64,000 nt of DNA, taken from UHGV virus genome UHGV-0038498. One strand, 5' to 3'. Under the pieces are notes generated by a model. It did no database searches. It was not told the DNA's origin and saw only the letters and a list, made by a program, of their open reading frames with translations. The stretch is from a virus. A program made the position numbers and the translations under genes. The first letter of the stretch is position 1; every line of letters starts with the position of its first letter. Of the stretch, positions 20,276 through 33,634 are shown piece by piece.

Positions 20276-20293
20276 GGGGGCTATCAAGCCCCC
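20276..20293 (+). other. intercistronic RNA hairpin
   Basis: GGGGGC-tatcaa-GCCCCC stem-loop without a following T-run. Confidence 0.35.
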
Positions 20294-20313
20294 ATTAAAA
20301 TGAGGAAAATGCA

Positions 20314-20694
20314 ATGTATACTGGTAGAAAATATGAACTTGTTCCAAGACTTATTGATACATTTATTAATTATAGCCCACGTTCCAATTCATCAATAGTT
20401 AAAGCTATTCGAGATAATGGCGGATGGTTTGAAGTTAAAGAAGTTTCCGTCGCCAATGGATACAAAGCAGTAAAACACATTGAATGCGCAAATGGAAAGC
20501 ATTTTTATCTCAAAGATAGACTTTTAGAAATTTGTGAAGATGAATTTCATTGTTTTCGTGAGTATAAAGAATCGACTTCCGAAGAAGATGAAGTCGAAGA
20601 CAAGGTTTCTGGCGTAACAAAAATTCACTGCATTGTTGACGAAAATAATGTAGACGAAATCATTGAACTTTTGCGAAAAACTTTCAAAAAGTAG
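20314..20694 (+). CDS. hypothetical protein
   Basis: 126-aa ORF with GAGGA RBS. Confidence 0.55.
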   Translation: MYTGRKYELVPRLIDTFINYSPRSNSSIVKAIRDNGGWFEVKEVSVANGYKAVKHIECANGKHFYLKDRLLEICEDEFHCFREYKESTSEEDEVEDKVSGVTKIHCIVDENNVDEIIELLRKTFKK

Positions 20695-20723
20695 TTTACA
20701 GTAGGGTAGTAGTGTGATACTAT
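20694..20723 (+). promoter_or_regulatory. early promoter with flanking inverted repeat
   Basis: GTTTAC at 20694-20699 (G shared with the upstream stop), TACTAT at 20718-20723; AGGGTA/TACCCT arms around the -10. Confidence 0.55.
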
Positions 20724-20748
20724 TACCCTATCAACTAAGGAGAATAAA

Positions 20749-20991
20749 ATGAGATTACAACGTCAGAGCATTAAAGATTCAGAAGTTAGGGGTAAATGGT
20801 ATTTTAATATCATCGGTAAAGATTCTGAACTTGTTGAAAAAGCTGAACGTCTTTTGCGTGATATGGGATGGGAAGATGAATGCGATGGATGTCCTCTTTA
20901 TGAAGATGGAGAAAGCGCAGGATTCTGGATTTACCATTCTGATGTTGATCAGTTTAAAGCTGATTGGAAAACTGTGAAAAAGTCTGTTTGA
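20749..20991 (+). CDS. hypothetical protein
   Basis: 80-aa ORF with AAGGAG RBS. Confidence 0.5.
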   Translation: MRLQRQSIKDSEVRGKWYFNIIGKDSELVEKAERLLRDMGWEDECDGCPLYEDGESAGFWIYHSDVDQFKADWKTVKKSV

Positions 20992-21001
20992 GGAAAATAT
21001 T

Positions 21002-21334
21002 ATGTCTGACATTCATGTAACTGGAATTTCTCAAGTAAACATTCGCTGTCAATTTAAAACTGTACCTGGGGTGACTCATATTACTTTATCACATGACCCA
21101 TATTCTCGTGGAAGACAGTTAACTGGAGTAATTAAGTTTTTCGGTGGAATTGGCGGTAATGAATTTACTATAGGCGATGACGAAATTGTTGGCTGTAAAT
21201 TAAAAGTTCAGAAGGGTGTGCTAGAACTTTTTAATGATGAAGTTTTTGATGAAATCTCACAAGCAGTTAACAAAGGAATGGTAACATTAGTTAAAATGAT
21301 TAAAGCTAGTGGATATGTTCCTGATCCTTTTTAA
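21002..21334 (+). CDS. hypothetical protein
   Basis: 110-aa ORF with RBS. Confidence 0.5.
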   Translation: MSDIHVTGISQVNIRCQFKTVPGVTHITLSHDPYSRGRQLTGVIKFFGGIGGNEFTIGDDEIVGCKLKVQKGVLELFNDEVFDEISQAVNKGMVTLVKMIKASGYVPDPF

Positions 21335-21345
21335 TAGGAGATAAT

Positions 21346-22377
<1,032 letters not shown>

Positions 22378-22378
<1 letters not shown>

Positions 22379-23238
22379 TGAAACAATACCAATTTTTAAT
22401 TAAAGATATCCTGGAAAACGGTTATGAAACCGATGACCGAACAGGCACAGGAACAATTGCTTTGTTCGGTACTAAATTACGCTGGGATTTAACTAAAGGT
22501 TTTCCTGCAGTAACGACTAAGAAGCTCGCCTGGAAAGCTTGTATTGCTGAGCTAATATGGTTTTTATCGGGAAGCACGAATGTCAATGATTTACGATTAA
22601 TTCAACATGATTCATTAATTCAAGGTAAAACAGTTTGGGATGAAAATTACGAAAATCAAGCAAAAGATTTAGGATACCATAGCGGTGAACTTGGTCCAAT
22701 TTATGGAAAACAATGGCGCGATTTTGGTGGTGTAGACCAAATTATAGAAGTTGTTGATCGTATTAAAAAACTGCCAAATGATAGGCGTCAAATTGTTTCT
22801 GCATGGAATCCAGCTGAACTTAAATATATGGCATTACCGCCTTGTCATATGTTCTATCAATTTAACGTACGTAATGGCTATTTGGATTTGCAGTGGTATC
22901 AACGTTCGGTAGATGTTTTCCTCGGTCTTCCATTTAATATTGCATCATATGCTACGTTAGTTCATATTGTAGCTAAGATGTGTAATCTTATTCCAGGAGA
23001 TTTGATATTTTCTGGTGGTAATACTCATATCTATATGAATCACGTAGAACAATGTAAAGAACTTTTGCGTCGTGAACCTATGGATTTATGCGAATTACAA
23101 TTAAAATTTCCAGATGAATTTGATGAATGGGACACAGAATCACAGGTATTTTGGTTGAGTCAATTCGCAAAGCCACATAATTTTGTTCTTAACAACTACG
23201 TATCTCACCCGCCAATTAAAGGAAAGATGGCGGTGTAA
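22378..23238 (+). CDS. td: thymidylate synthase (uninterrupted, no intron)
   Basis: 286 aa from MKQYQFLIKDILENGYETDDRTGTGTIALFG..., active-site LPPCHMFYQF; continuous ORF across the position where T4 carries its group I intron. Confidence 0.92.
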
Positions 23239-23249
23239 TTTTAATTTAA

Positions 23250-23525
23250 TTGAGAGGATATATGATTTTACGATTTAAGGATACTTCTGGTGTCGTTCTT
23301 TTTACACTTCCTAATCCAAGTGAGTTAGAAGTTCCAGGACCAGAACAACCTATTATCATTTATGGTAAAAAATACTATACTCATAAAATGACTCGTGAGT
23401 ATTTTGATAATAAAATTTCTACAGTTAAAACTTCTTCTGATTGTTATTATGATATTACTGTTTTAACGGAACAACAATATGACGAATTATTACCGCGCGG
23501 GCCGTCTATGCCGGGTAGTGAATAA
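23250..23525 (+). CDS. hypothetical protein
   Basis: 91-aa ORF with AGAGGA RBS. Confidence 0.5.
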   Translation: MRGYMILRFKDTSGVVLFTLPNPSELEVPGPEQPIIIYGKKYYTHKMTREYFDNKISTVKTSSDCYYDITVLTEQQYDELLPRGPSMPGSE

Positions 23526-23805
23526 ATATAAATCCGACTTTGATGTTAATATTCACCGCGGTACATTTTGGGGAAATTACGTCGGTAAAGATGCTGGCAG
23601 CCGGGAGGCTGCCATTGAATTATTCAAAAAAGATTTTATACGTCGAATTAAATCCGGAGAAATAACTAAAGCACATTTAGAGCCTTTACGTGGAATGAGG
23701 CTAGGATGCACATGTAAACCAAAGCCGTGTCATGGTGATATAATAGCTCATATAGTTAACCGATTGTTTAAAGACGATTTTCAAGTTGAGGACTTATGCA
23801 ATTAA
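23479..23805 (+). CDS. hypothetical protein with C-terminal Cys/His motif (DUF4326-like)
   Basis: 108-aa ORF ...[19 protein letters not shown]...; start uncertain (47-nt overlap with upstream ORF). Confidence 0.4.
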   Translation: MTNYYRAGRLCRVVNKYKSDFDVNIHRGTFWGNYVGKDAGSREAAIELFKKDFIRRIKSGEITKAHLEPLRGMRLGCTCKPKPCHGDIIAHIVNRLFKDDFQVEDLCN

Positions 23806-26060
23806 TTAATGTTATCAAAAGTAGTGGTGTTTCTCAGAGCTTTGACCCGCAAAAAATTATTAAAGTTTTATCTTGGGCAGCTGAAGGAACATCTGTAGAT
23901 CCTTATGAATTATATGAAAATATTAAATCATATCTCCGTGATGGAATGACAACTGATGACATTCAGACTATTGTCATTAAGGCTGCTGCGAATTCTATTT
24001 CAGTTGAAGAGCCTGATTATCAATACGTAGCTGCACGCTGTTTAATGTTTGCTCTTCGTAAGCATGTTTATGGGCAGTATGAACCACGTTCATTTATTGA
24101 CCATATTTCTTACTGTGTAAATGAAGGTAAATATGACCCTGAATTGTTGTCAAAATATTCTGCCGAAGAAATTACATTTTTAGAATCAAAAATTAAGCAC
24201 GAGCGGGATATGGAATTTACTTATTCCGGGGCGATGCAATTAAAAGAAAAATATCTAGTTAAAGATAAAACCACTGGTCAAATTTATGAAACTCCGCAGT
24301 TTGCATTTATGACTATTGGAATGGCATTACATCAAGATGAACCTGTTGATAGATTAAAACATGTTATTCGTTTTTATGAAGCAGTATCTACTCGACAGAT
24401 TTCATTACCAACTCCTATTATGGCTGGTTGCCGTACTCCAACTCGGCAGTTTAGTTCATGCGTTGTTATTGAAGCAGGTGATTCATTAAAGTCTATCAAT
24501 AAGGCTTCCGCTTCAATTGTTGAATATATCTCCAAACGCGCTGGAATTGGTATTAACGTTGGTATGATTCGTGCCGAAGGTTCTAAGATTGGCACAGGTG
24601 AAGTGCGTCATACTGGCGTTATTCCTTTTTGGAAACATTTTCAGACTGCTGTTAAATCATGTTCACAAGGCGGAATTCGTGGCGGCGCTGCTACTGCTTA
24701 TTATCCTATTTGGCATTTGGAAGTTGAAAATCTTCTCGTTTTGAAAAATAACAAAGGCGTAGAAGAAAACCGCATCCGTCATATGGATTACGGTGTTCAA
24801 CTGAATGACCTAATGATGGAACGATTCGGAAAGAATGATTACATTACTTTGTTCAGTCCGCATGAAATGGGTGGCGAACTTTATTATTCTTATTTTAAAG
24901 ACCAAGACCGTTTCCGTGAATTATACGAAGCCGCAGAAAAAGACCCTAATATTCGTAAAAAGCGTATTAAAGCCCGTGAACTGTTTGAATTGCTCATGAC
25001 TGAACGCTCAGGAACAGCAAGGATTTATGTGCAGTTCATTGATAATACGAATAACTATACGCCATTTATTCGTGAAAAGGCACCTATTCGTCAGAGTAAC
25101 TTGTGTTGTGAAATTGCTATTCCAACAAATGACGTGAATAGTCCTGATGCTGAAATTGGATTGTGTACGTTATCTGCATTTGTGTTAGATAACTTTGATT
25201 GGCAAGACCAAGATAAAATTAACGAATTGGCAGAAGTCCAAGTTCGTGCTCTTGATAATCTTTTGGATTACCAAGGATATCCAGTTCCAGAAGCTTTAAA
25301 AGCTAAAAAGCGTCGAAACCTCGGTGTTGGTGTGACGAACTATGCAGCTTGGCTGGCAAGTAATTTTGCTTCTTATGAAGATGCTAACGATTTAACACAC
25401 GAACTATTTGAGAGATTACAGTATGGACTCATTAAAGCATCCATTAAGCTCGCCAAAGAAAAAGGACCTTGCGAATATTATTCAGACACTCGTTGGTCTC
25501 GAGGCGAATTACCTATCGACTGGTACAATAAAAAGATTGACCAAATCGCAGCTCCAAAATACGTTTGTGACTGGTCGTCGCTGCGGGAAGACCTTAAGCT
25601 CTTTGGCATCCGTAATAGCACATTATCAGCACTTATGCCATGTGAGTCATCTTCCCAAGTTTCTAACAGTACAAACGGTATCGAGCCTCCACGTGGACCA
25701 GTCTCTGTTAAAGAATCAAAAGAGGGTTCCTTTAATCAAGTCGTGCCCAATATTGAGCATAACATAGACCTCTATGATTATACGTGGAAATTAGCTAAGA
25801 AAGGTAATAAACCTTATCTTACGCAAGTAGCTATTATGTTGAAATGGGTATGTCAATCAGCTTCAGCGAATACATATTATGACCCGCAGATTTTTCCAAA
25901 AGGAAAGGTTCCAATGTCAATAATGATTGATGACCTTTTGTATTTTTGGTATTTTGGCGGAAAAAATTTCTATTATCATAATACACGTGACGGTTCTGGT
26001 ACTGATGATTATGAAATAGAAACTCCAAAAGCTGAAGATTGTTCATCCTGTAAATTATGA
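23796..26060 (+). CDS. nrdA: ribonucleoside-diphosphate reductase large subunit
   Basis: 754-aa [34 protein letters not shown]... matching T4 NrdA. Confidence 0.95.
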   Translation: MQLINVIKSSGVSQSFDPQKIIKVLSWAAEGTSVDPYELYENIKSYLRDGMTTDDIQTIVIKAAANSISVEEPDYQYVAARCLMFALRKHVYGQYEPRSFIDHISYCVNEGKYDPELLSKYSAEEITFLESKIKHERDMEFTYSGAMQLKEKYLVKDKTTGQIYETPQFAFMTIGMALHQDEPVDRLKHVIRFYEAVSTRQISLPTPIMAGCRTPTRQFSSCVVIEAGDSLKSINKASASIVEYISKRAGIGINVGMIRAEGSKIGTGEVRHTGVIPFWKHFQTAVKSCSQGGIRGGAATAYYPIWHLEVENLLVLKNNKGVEENRIRHMDYGVQLNDLMMERFGKNDYITLFSPHEMGGELYYSYFKDQDRFRELYEAAEKDPNIRKKRIKARELFELLMTERSGTARIYVQFIDNTNNYTPFIREKAPIRQSNLCCEIAIPTNDVNSPDAEIGLCTLSAFVLDNFDWQDQDKINELAEVQVRALDNLLDYQGYPVPEALKAKKRRNLGVGVTNYAAWLASNFASYEDANDLTHELFERLQYGLIKASIKLAKEKGPCEYYSDTRWSRGELPIDWYNKKIDQIAAPKYVCDWSSLREDLKLFGIRNSTLSALMPCESSSQVSNSTNGIEPPRGPVSVKESKEGSFNQVVPNIEHNIDLYDYTWKLAKKGNKPYLTQVAIMLKWVCQSASANTYYDPQIFPKGKVPMSIMIDDLLYFWYFGGKNFYYHNTRDGSGTDDYEIETPKAEDCSSCKL

Positions 26061-26103
26061 TATAATTTGACTCACGGACGAGTCACCAACAACGAGAAAT
26101 AAT

Positions 26104-26895
26104 ATGAAAGACCTACCTGCCATAACATATCCAGGTGCAAAACATAAGTATATGCCATTTATTAGACAATTTTCAAACCGCTTTGACGATAAGCCTGTTT
26201 TGGATGCTTTTTGTGGTGGTCTTGGATTTTCTATGAATTGTCAGAGAGATGTTATATGTAATGATATTAATACTCCTCTTATAGATATGTATAACAAGAT
26301 GAAATTATCTTCAATTAATGATATAGTTCAAATTATTGAAGACTTTAATTTGAATGACAAAGATTCAGCACCTTTTTATAATCTGTCAAAAGAATACGAT
26401 AAAACCAAAAACGGATTATATCTTTATGTTTTACATTTATTTTCATTCAGTTCGTTAATCCGATTTTCTAGTAATGGAAATTATAACGCGGCTTTCGCCA
26501 ATAGAGCCAAGTATTCCAGAACTTCTTTTAACAAGTCTCAACAGGATAAATTTTCTGAATTTAAAAATAGACAGCACCGATTTACATTTAGTAATAAATC
26601 ATTCAGAGATTTGGATTTTGAAAACAAAAATTTATTCATTGACCCACCATATCTTTCTACTAAATTTAAATATTCAGGCTGGGAAGAAAAGGATGAATTA
26701 GAATTATTAGACAAAATTAAACAATCAAAGTCTAAATTTATTATCACTAATAATCTATCAGACGATATTAACAATTATATTTTAAAAGATTGGGCACTTT
26801 CTAATAATTTCAAAATTGAATATTTTGAAACCATGTATAGGAAGCAAAAGAAAGGTGCATCATTTCAGACTGAAGTGCTTATACACAATATGTGA
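26104..26895 (+). CDS. DNA N6-adenine methyltransferase, Dam family (diverged T4-Dam-like)
   Basis: 263-aa ORF with YPGAKHK, LDAFCGGLGFSMN (SAM-binding FxGxG) and FIDPPY (catalytic DPPY); collinear with T4 Dam as recalled; AT-rich with many AGA Arg codons. Confidence 0.8.
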   Translation: MKDLPAITYPGAKHKYMPFIRQFSNRFDDKPVLDAFCGGLGFSMNCQRDVICNDINTPLIDMYNKMKLSSINDIVQIIEDFNLNDKDSAPFYNLSKEYDKTKNGLYLYVLHLFSFSSLIRFSSNGNYNAAFANRAKYSRTSFNKSQQDKFSEFKNRQHRFTFSNKSFRDLDFENKNLFIDPPYLSTKFKYSGWEEKDELELLDKIKQSKSKFIITNNLSDDINNYILKDWALSNNFKIEYFETMYRKQKKGASFQTEVLIHNM

Positions 26896-26930
26896 TTAAA
26901 TAATTTAAATCTATAATAAGCGAGAATAAT

Positions 26931-28100
26931 ATGTCTACAGTTTTTAATACAAATCCAGTTGATGTTTTAAAAGAACCTATGTTCTTCGGTTCAGGTCTTG
27001 GTATTGCGCGTTATGATATTCAACGCCATAAAGTTTTTGAAGATTTAACCGAAAAGCAATTATCATTTTTCTGGCGTCCTGAAGAAGTAAACTTAATGAT
27101 GGATGCTGCGCAATTTAACAAGCTTCCTCAGTATCAGCAAGATATTTTTACTAATAACTTGAAGTATCAATCACTTCTAGATAGCATTCAGGGTCGTGCA
27201 CCGTCTGCTGTACTTATGTCGTTAATTTCAGACCCAAGTCTTGATACATGGGTTGCTACATGGACTTTTAGTGAAACTATTCACAGCCGTTCATATACTC
27301 ATATCATGCGAAATCTTTATACTGATCCGTCAAAGGTATTTGATGAGATTGTATTAGATAAAGCTATTATGAAACGTGCCGAGTCCATTGGTCGCTATTA
27401 CGATGATGTTCTAGTTAAGACTCGTGAATACCAAAACGCGGTTGAAGATTATGAAGGAATTTTATCAGAAGGATTTCGTAAAGACGAATTAGGCAAAGTT
27501 GTTGAATGTACTAAACGAGCACTAATGAAATCTCTTTATCTTTGCCTTCATGTAATCAACGCGTTGGAAGCTATTCGTTTTTATGTATCTTTCGCATGTA
27601 CCTTTAACTTCCATAAGAACATGGAAATCATGGAAGGTAATGCCAAGATTATGAAGTTCATTGCACGTGATGAGCAGCTTCACCTTAAAGGCACTCAATA
27701 TATTATTCGTCAACTTCAACTTGGCACTGATGGCGATGAATGGGTTAAAATTGCTCAAGAGTGTGAACAAGAAGCAGTTGATATTTTCATGGAAGTTAAC
27801 CGTCAAGAAAAAGACTGGGCAGTTCATTTATTTAAAGATGGCGATGTTCCTGGATTAAATACAAATAGCATGTGGAGCTTTATTGATTACTTAACTGTAT
27901 CTCGTATGAAACAGTGCGGTCTTCCATGCCCAATTACTGATGCTCCGGTTAAACATCCGTATCCTTGGATTCGTGAATATCTTAATTCTGATAATGTTCA
28001 ATCCGCGCCACAAGAAGTAGAACTGTCATCTTACCTTGTAGCACAGATTGATAATGATGTTGATGATAAAGTTATGATGGGTTTTAAAAAATATTTTTAA
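26931..28100 (+). CDS. nrdB: ribonucleoside-diphosphate reductase small subunit (uninterrupted, no intron)
   Basis: 389-aa continuous ORF MSTVFNTNPVDVLKEPMFFGSGLGIARYDIQRHK... matching T4 NrdB. Confidence 0.93.
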   Translation: MSTVFNTNPVDVLKEPMFFGSGLGIARYDIQRHKVFEDLTEKQLSFFWRPEEVNLMMDAAQFNKLPQYQQDIFTNNLKYQSLLDSIQGRAPSAVLMSLISDPSLDTWVATWTFSETIHSRSYTHIMRNLYTDPSKVFDEIVLDKAIMKRAESIGRYYDDVLVKTREYQNAVEDYEGILSEGFRKDELGKVVECTKRALMKSLYLCLHVINALEAIRFYVSFACTFNFHKNMEIMEGNAKIMKFIARDEQLHLKGTQYIIRQLQLGTDGDEWVKIAQECEQEAVDIFMEVNRQEKDWAVHLFKDGDVPGLNTNSMWSFIDYLTVSRMKQCGLPCPITDAPVKHPYPWIREYLNSDNVQSAPQEVELSSYLVAQIDNDVDDKVMMGFKKYF

Positions 28101-28105
28101 GGAGT

Positions 28106-28119
28106 GGGCCGCAAGGCCC
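28106..28119 (+). other. hairpin between the RBS and start codon of denA
   Basis: GGGCC-gcaa-GGCCC lies between GGAG (28101-28104) and ATG 28128; folding would shorten the 23-nt linear spacing to about 9 nt. Confidence 0.45.
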
Positions 28120-28127
28120 ATTTTATT

Positions 28128-29715
<1,588 letters not shown>

Positions 29716-29718
29716 GCT

Positions 29719-29748
29719 GTTTACAAGTCCCTCGTGTTGTGTTACAGT
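29719..29748 (+). promoter_or_regulatory. early promoter in a promoter/stem-loop cassette upstream of alc
   Basis: GTTTAC at 29719-29724; candidate -10 TACAGT; long imperfect inverted repeat 29727-29773 spans the -10. Confidence 0.5.
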
Positions 29749-29772
29749 AGTCTTACTGACATAACATGAGGA
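29719..29772 (+). repeat. promoter/stem-loop cassette, copy 1
   Basis: 54 bp GTTTACAAGTCCCTCGTGTTGTGTTACAGTAGTCTTACTGACATAACATGAGGA, two mismatches versus copy 2. Confidence 0.75.
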
Positions 29773-29776
29773 CTTT

Positions 29777-30283
29777 ATGATGGATTTACAGCTTATTACT
29801 ACTGAAATGGTCGTTGAAGCATACGGTGATACCACGGATGGGATTTCTGTATTTAAAGGAAATCGTCGAGTTGGATATATCACCGATCTTAAGAAAGATT
29901 TAGCTAAGCAAGCAAAGCGGAAAACGACCATTAAAGAATATCGAAATCGTCGTCTTGAGCAAGCCCGTGATATGCTTCCCGATGCGGTTGAGGAGATGAA
30001 AGTCTTTTTAGAAAATCAGCTTGCGAAATATGATTGTGATGTGTTCATTAATCAGACTCAACCTAATGTTCATATTAATAACTGTAAATGCTATATCATC
30101 GTTAATCCTTTGACGGGAAAACATCGTCTTGGAATTAGTAATCCAAATCGTAGCGCATCGGATATGGCAGAAGATGTTGAGGCATGCTTTAAAATTTCTA
30201 AATCTCCTGCTGAACATCATATTTTAATTAACGGTCTTTCTCAAGACGATATTATAGAGGTTATTAAAACTTTATGCAATTAA
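29777..30283 (+). CDS. alc: Alc (inhibitor of host transcription on cytosine DNA)
   Basis: 168-aa ORF MMDLQLITTEMVVEAYGDTTDGISVFKGNRRVGYITD... matching T4 Alc as recalled. Confidence 0.8.
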   Translation: MMDLQLITTEMVVEAYGDTTDGISVFKGNRRVGYITDLKKDLAKQAKRKTTIKEYRNRRLEQARDMLPDAVEEMKVFLENQLAKYDCDVFINQTQPNVHINNCKCYIIVNPLTGKHRLGISNPNRSASDMAEDVEACFKISKSPAEHHILINGLSQDDIIEVIKTLCN

Positions 30284-30627
30284 GTAATACGACAGCAGGC
30301 TTGCTATTAATTGTAATTGCATTGGGCGGAACTTCTTTAATTTTAAAAAATAAAATTGAAAGATTAGAAACGTCTGTTGTAGAAATTACAAAAACGGCCA
30401 ATGAAAACGCTTTAGCATTAAATAATTTGCGAATTCAGTATAATTATATTGATGCGATGAATAATAAAAATCGTGAGGCAATTGCTGCTATTGAGCGTGA
30501 AAATGAAAAACTGCGCAAAGACGCAAAGAAGGCGGATGTGGTGGCTCATAAGCCAGGATTGGTTGAAAAACAAATCAACAACTCCTTCAACAAGTTCGCA
30601 GAAGACATCCAGGACCTTTCTAAATGA
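30274..30627 (+). CDS. inner-membrane spanin (PseT.3-like)
   Basis: 117-aa ORF with N-terminal transmembrane segment (TAGLLLIVIALGGTSLIL) then coiled-coil-like region. Confidence 0.7.
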   Translation: MQLSNTTAGLLLIVIALGGTSLILKNKIERLETSVVEITKTANENALALNNLRIQYNYIDAMNNKNREAIAAIERENEKLRKDAKKADVVAHKPGLVEKQINNSFNKFAEDIQDLSK

Positions 30628-30923
30628 TTAAACTATCAGCAGTAATATTATCTATTGGTCTTCTAGTTGGTTGTTCGACAAAGCCTCTAGAAGTAAAGAA
30701 AGAAACAGTTCATCCTAATTGGCCTGTACAAATAAAGTCATATGATGAAGCTAAACTATCCTGGCAAGTTAAAGTTATTGATGGCAAAGCTTGGGTCGGT
30801 ATGCCATTCGAAGATTCCCAGGAATTTCGTATTTGGCTTAATGATGTAAAACGATATGTACATGATCAGAAAACTATGATATGTTATTATCGCCAAGAGT
30901 TAAAAGAGGATAAATGCAAATGA
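30624..30923 (+). CDS. outer-membrane lipoprotein spanin (PseT.2-like)
   Basis: 99-aa ORF with signal peptide and lipobox LLVGC; coupled to the upstream spanin. Confidence 0.7.
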   Translation: MIKLSAVILSIGLLVGCSTKPLEVKKETVHPNWPVQIKSYDEAKLSWQVKVIDGKAWVGMPFEDSQEFRIWLNDVKRYVHDQKTMICYYRQELKEDKCK

Positions 30924-31144
30924 TTTCATGGCATCAATTTGAACATCTCAAAGGATTGATTTATGAATCCGAGATGGCTGCAATGATTTACGGACGCCAG
31001 ATTCAGCGGTTAGAATCTTTACCTCCAACTAATGATGTTTTATTAGCTCAATCTCGTGCTAATCTTAAAAATGAATACCAAAATAAGTGGGGTAAAGCAT
31101 CTAAAGACCTGCATGATTATATTCAATCATTGGTTGAGAAATAA
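30914..31144 (+). CDS. hypothetical protein (pseT.1-like position)
   Basis: 76-aa ORF overlapping the upstream stop. Confidence 0.5.
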   Translation: MQMISWHQFEHLKGLIYESEMAAMIYGRQIQRLESLPPTNDVLLAQSRANLKNEYQNKWGKASKDLHDYIQSLVEK

Positions 31145-31147
31145 TAA

Positions 31148-32562
<1,415 letters not shown>

Positions 32563-32570
<8 letters not shown>

Positions 32571-32763
32571 CATAGAAAAGATTTATCAACTTTGTGATAA
32601 AATTGAAAAAGAAAAGAAATATCTATTTTGTTTATGGCCTATTGTTGATGGAAGAGTAGGCTTAGATGTTCTTGATTATGAAACAGAAGACAGAGTAGAT
32701 GGTTCAACTTTTGATAATGCGTTGGATGTTATTGATTGGCTTGAAGAAAATTATGTGAGGTAA
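32563..32763 (+). CDS. hypothetical protein
   Basis: 66-aa acidic ORF. Confidence 0.45.
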
Positions 32764-32765
32764 AT

Positions 32766-33041
32766 ATGTTTCCGACTTATTCTAAAATCGTAGAAGTAGT
32801 GTTTAGTCAAATTATTGCTAATAATATGTTTGAAAAGCTTGATAACGCAGCTGAGCTTCGAATTCATGCTCAAGTGACTCATGTATTGAACACTTTGCTT
32901 CCAGACCAGGTGGATTCTATTGCCATTACGCTGTATCCAGGTTCTGCGCATATCATTGTCGTATTTGGTCTTGATGCTGAGCTAGTCATCAAAGGCGATA
33001 TTCGCTTTGAATCACAGACATCAGAATTCAAAGCAATTTAA
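32766..33041 (+). CDS. hypothetical protein
   Basis: 91-aa ORF. Confidence 0.5.
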   Translation: MFPTYSKIVEVVFSQIIANNMFEKLDNAAELRIHAQVTHVLNTLLPDQVDSIAITLYPGSAHIIVVFGLDAELVIKGDIRFESQTSEFKAI

Positions 33042-33043
33042 TA

Positions 33044-33073
33044 GTTTACTTTACGGTAGAGTTGTGATATTAT
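33044..33073 (+). promoter_or_regulatory. early promoter with inverted repeat around the -10
   Basis: GTTTAC at 33044-33049, TATTAT at 33068-33073; arms GGTAGAG (33055-33061) and CTCTACC (33076-33082). Confidence 0.55.
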
Positions 33074-33103
33074 AGCTCTACCAAAGCAAATGAGGAAATT
33101 GAA

Positions 33104-33634
33104 ATGAGCGAATGGTTTGAAGAAGATAAGGTTTATCGCTTTAAAGCTGGGTATAAAGATATTTTTAATGAAACATGCGGGGCTAATAAACGAATTGCTC
33201 AATTTATTGGGGAAAATTCATTTAAAGTAAAAATAGATCCTGCGAAAAATGTTATTAGCATTAAACGCGAAATTGATGACTGTTGGTATAAAGCTGTTGA
33301 TGTAATGGGCGAATCCTATAAAGTTAGCCCGTTATTTTCAATTGCTTATATGTTAGAATATTCTTTTTTCGAAGAAGTTCAAAAAGATGATTCTGTCAGT
33401 AAATTTGAAATTAAAACTGATAAAGAAATTAAGTGGAAAGTAGTAGGTATTACCGGTGGTTGCATGTTTTATATCTATGCTCAAACTGATACGAAGGAAG
33501 AAGCTAAAAAGAAAGCTCTAGAATATCTTGAAGAGTATGAAGAAGGCCCGGTAATGATTACCCAAGATGCCGAATTAGTTTCTGTCAAATTAGTTAAAAA
33601 CGTTGAAAGTAAGGAGCTGGGATCAACATGCTAA
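33104..33634 (+). CDS. hypothetical protein
   Basis: 176-aa ORF with GAGGAAAT RBS. Confidence 0.55.
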   Translation: MSEWFEEDKVYRFKAGYKDIFNETCGANKRIAQFIGENSFKVKIDPAKNVISIKREIDDCWYKAVDVMGESYKVSPLFSIAYMLEYSFFEEVQKDDSVSKFEIKTDKEIKWKVVGITGGCMFYIYAQTDTKEEAKKKALEYLEEYEEGPVMITQDAELVSVKLVKNVESKELGSTC

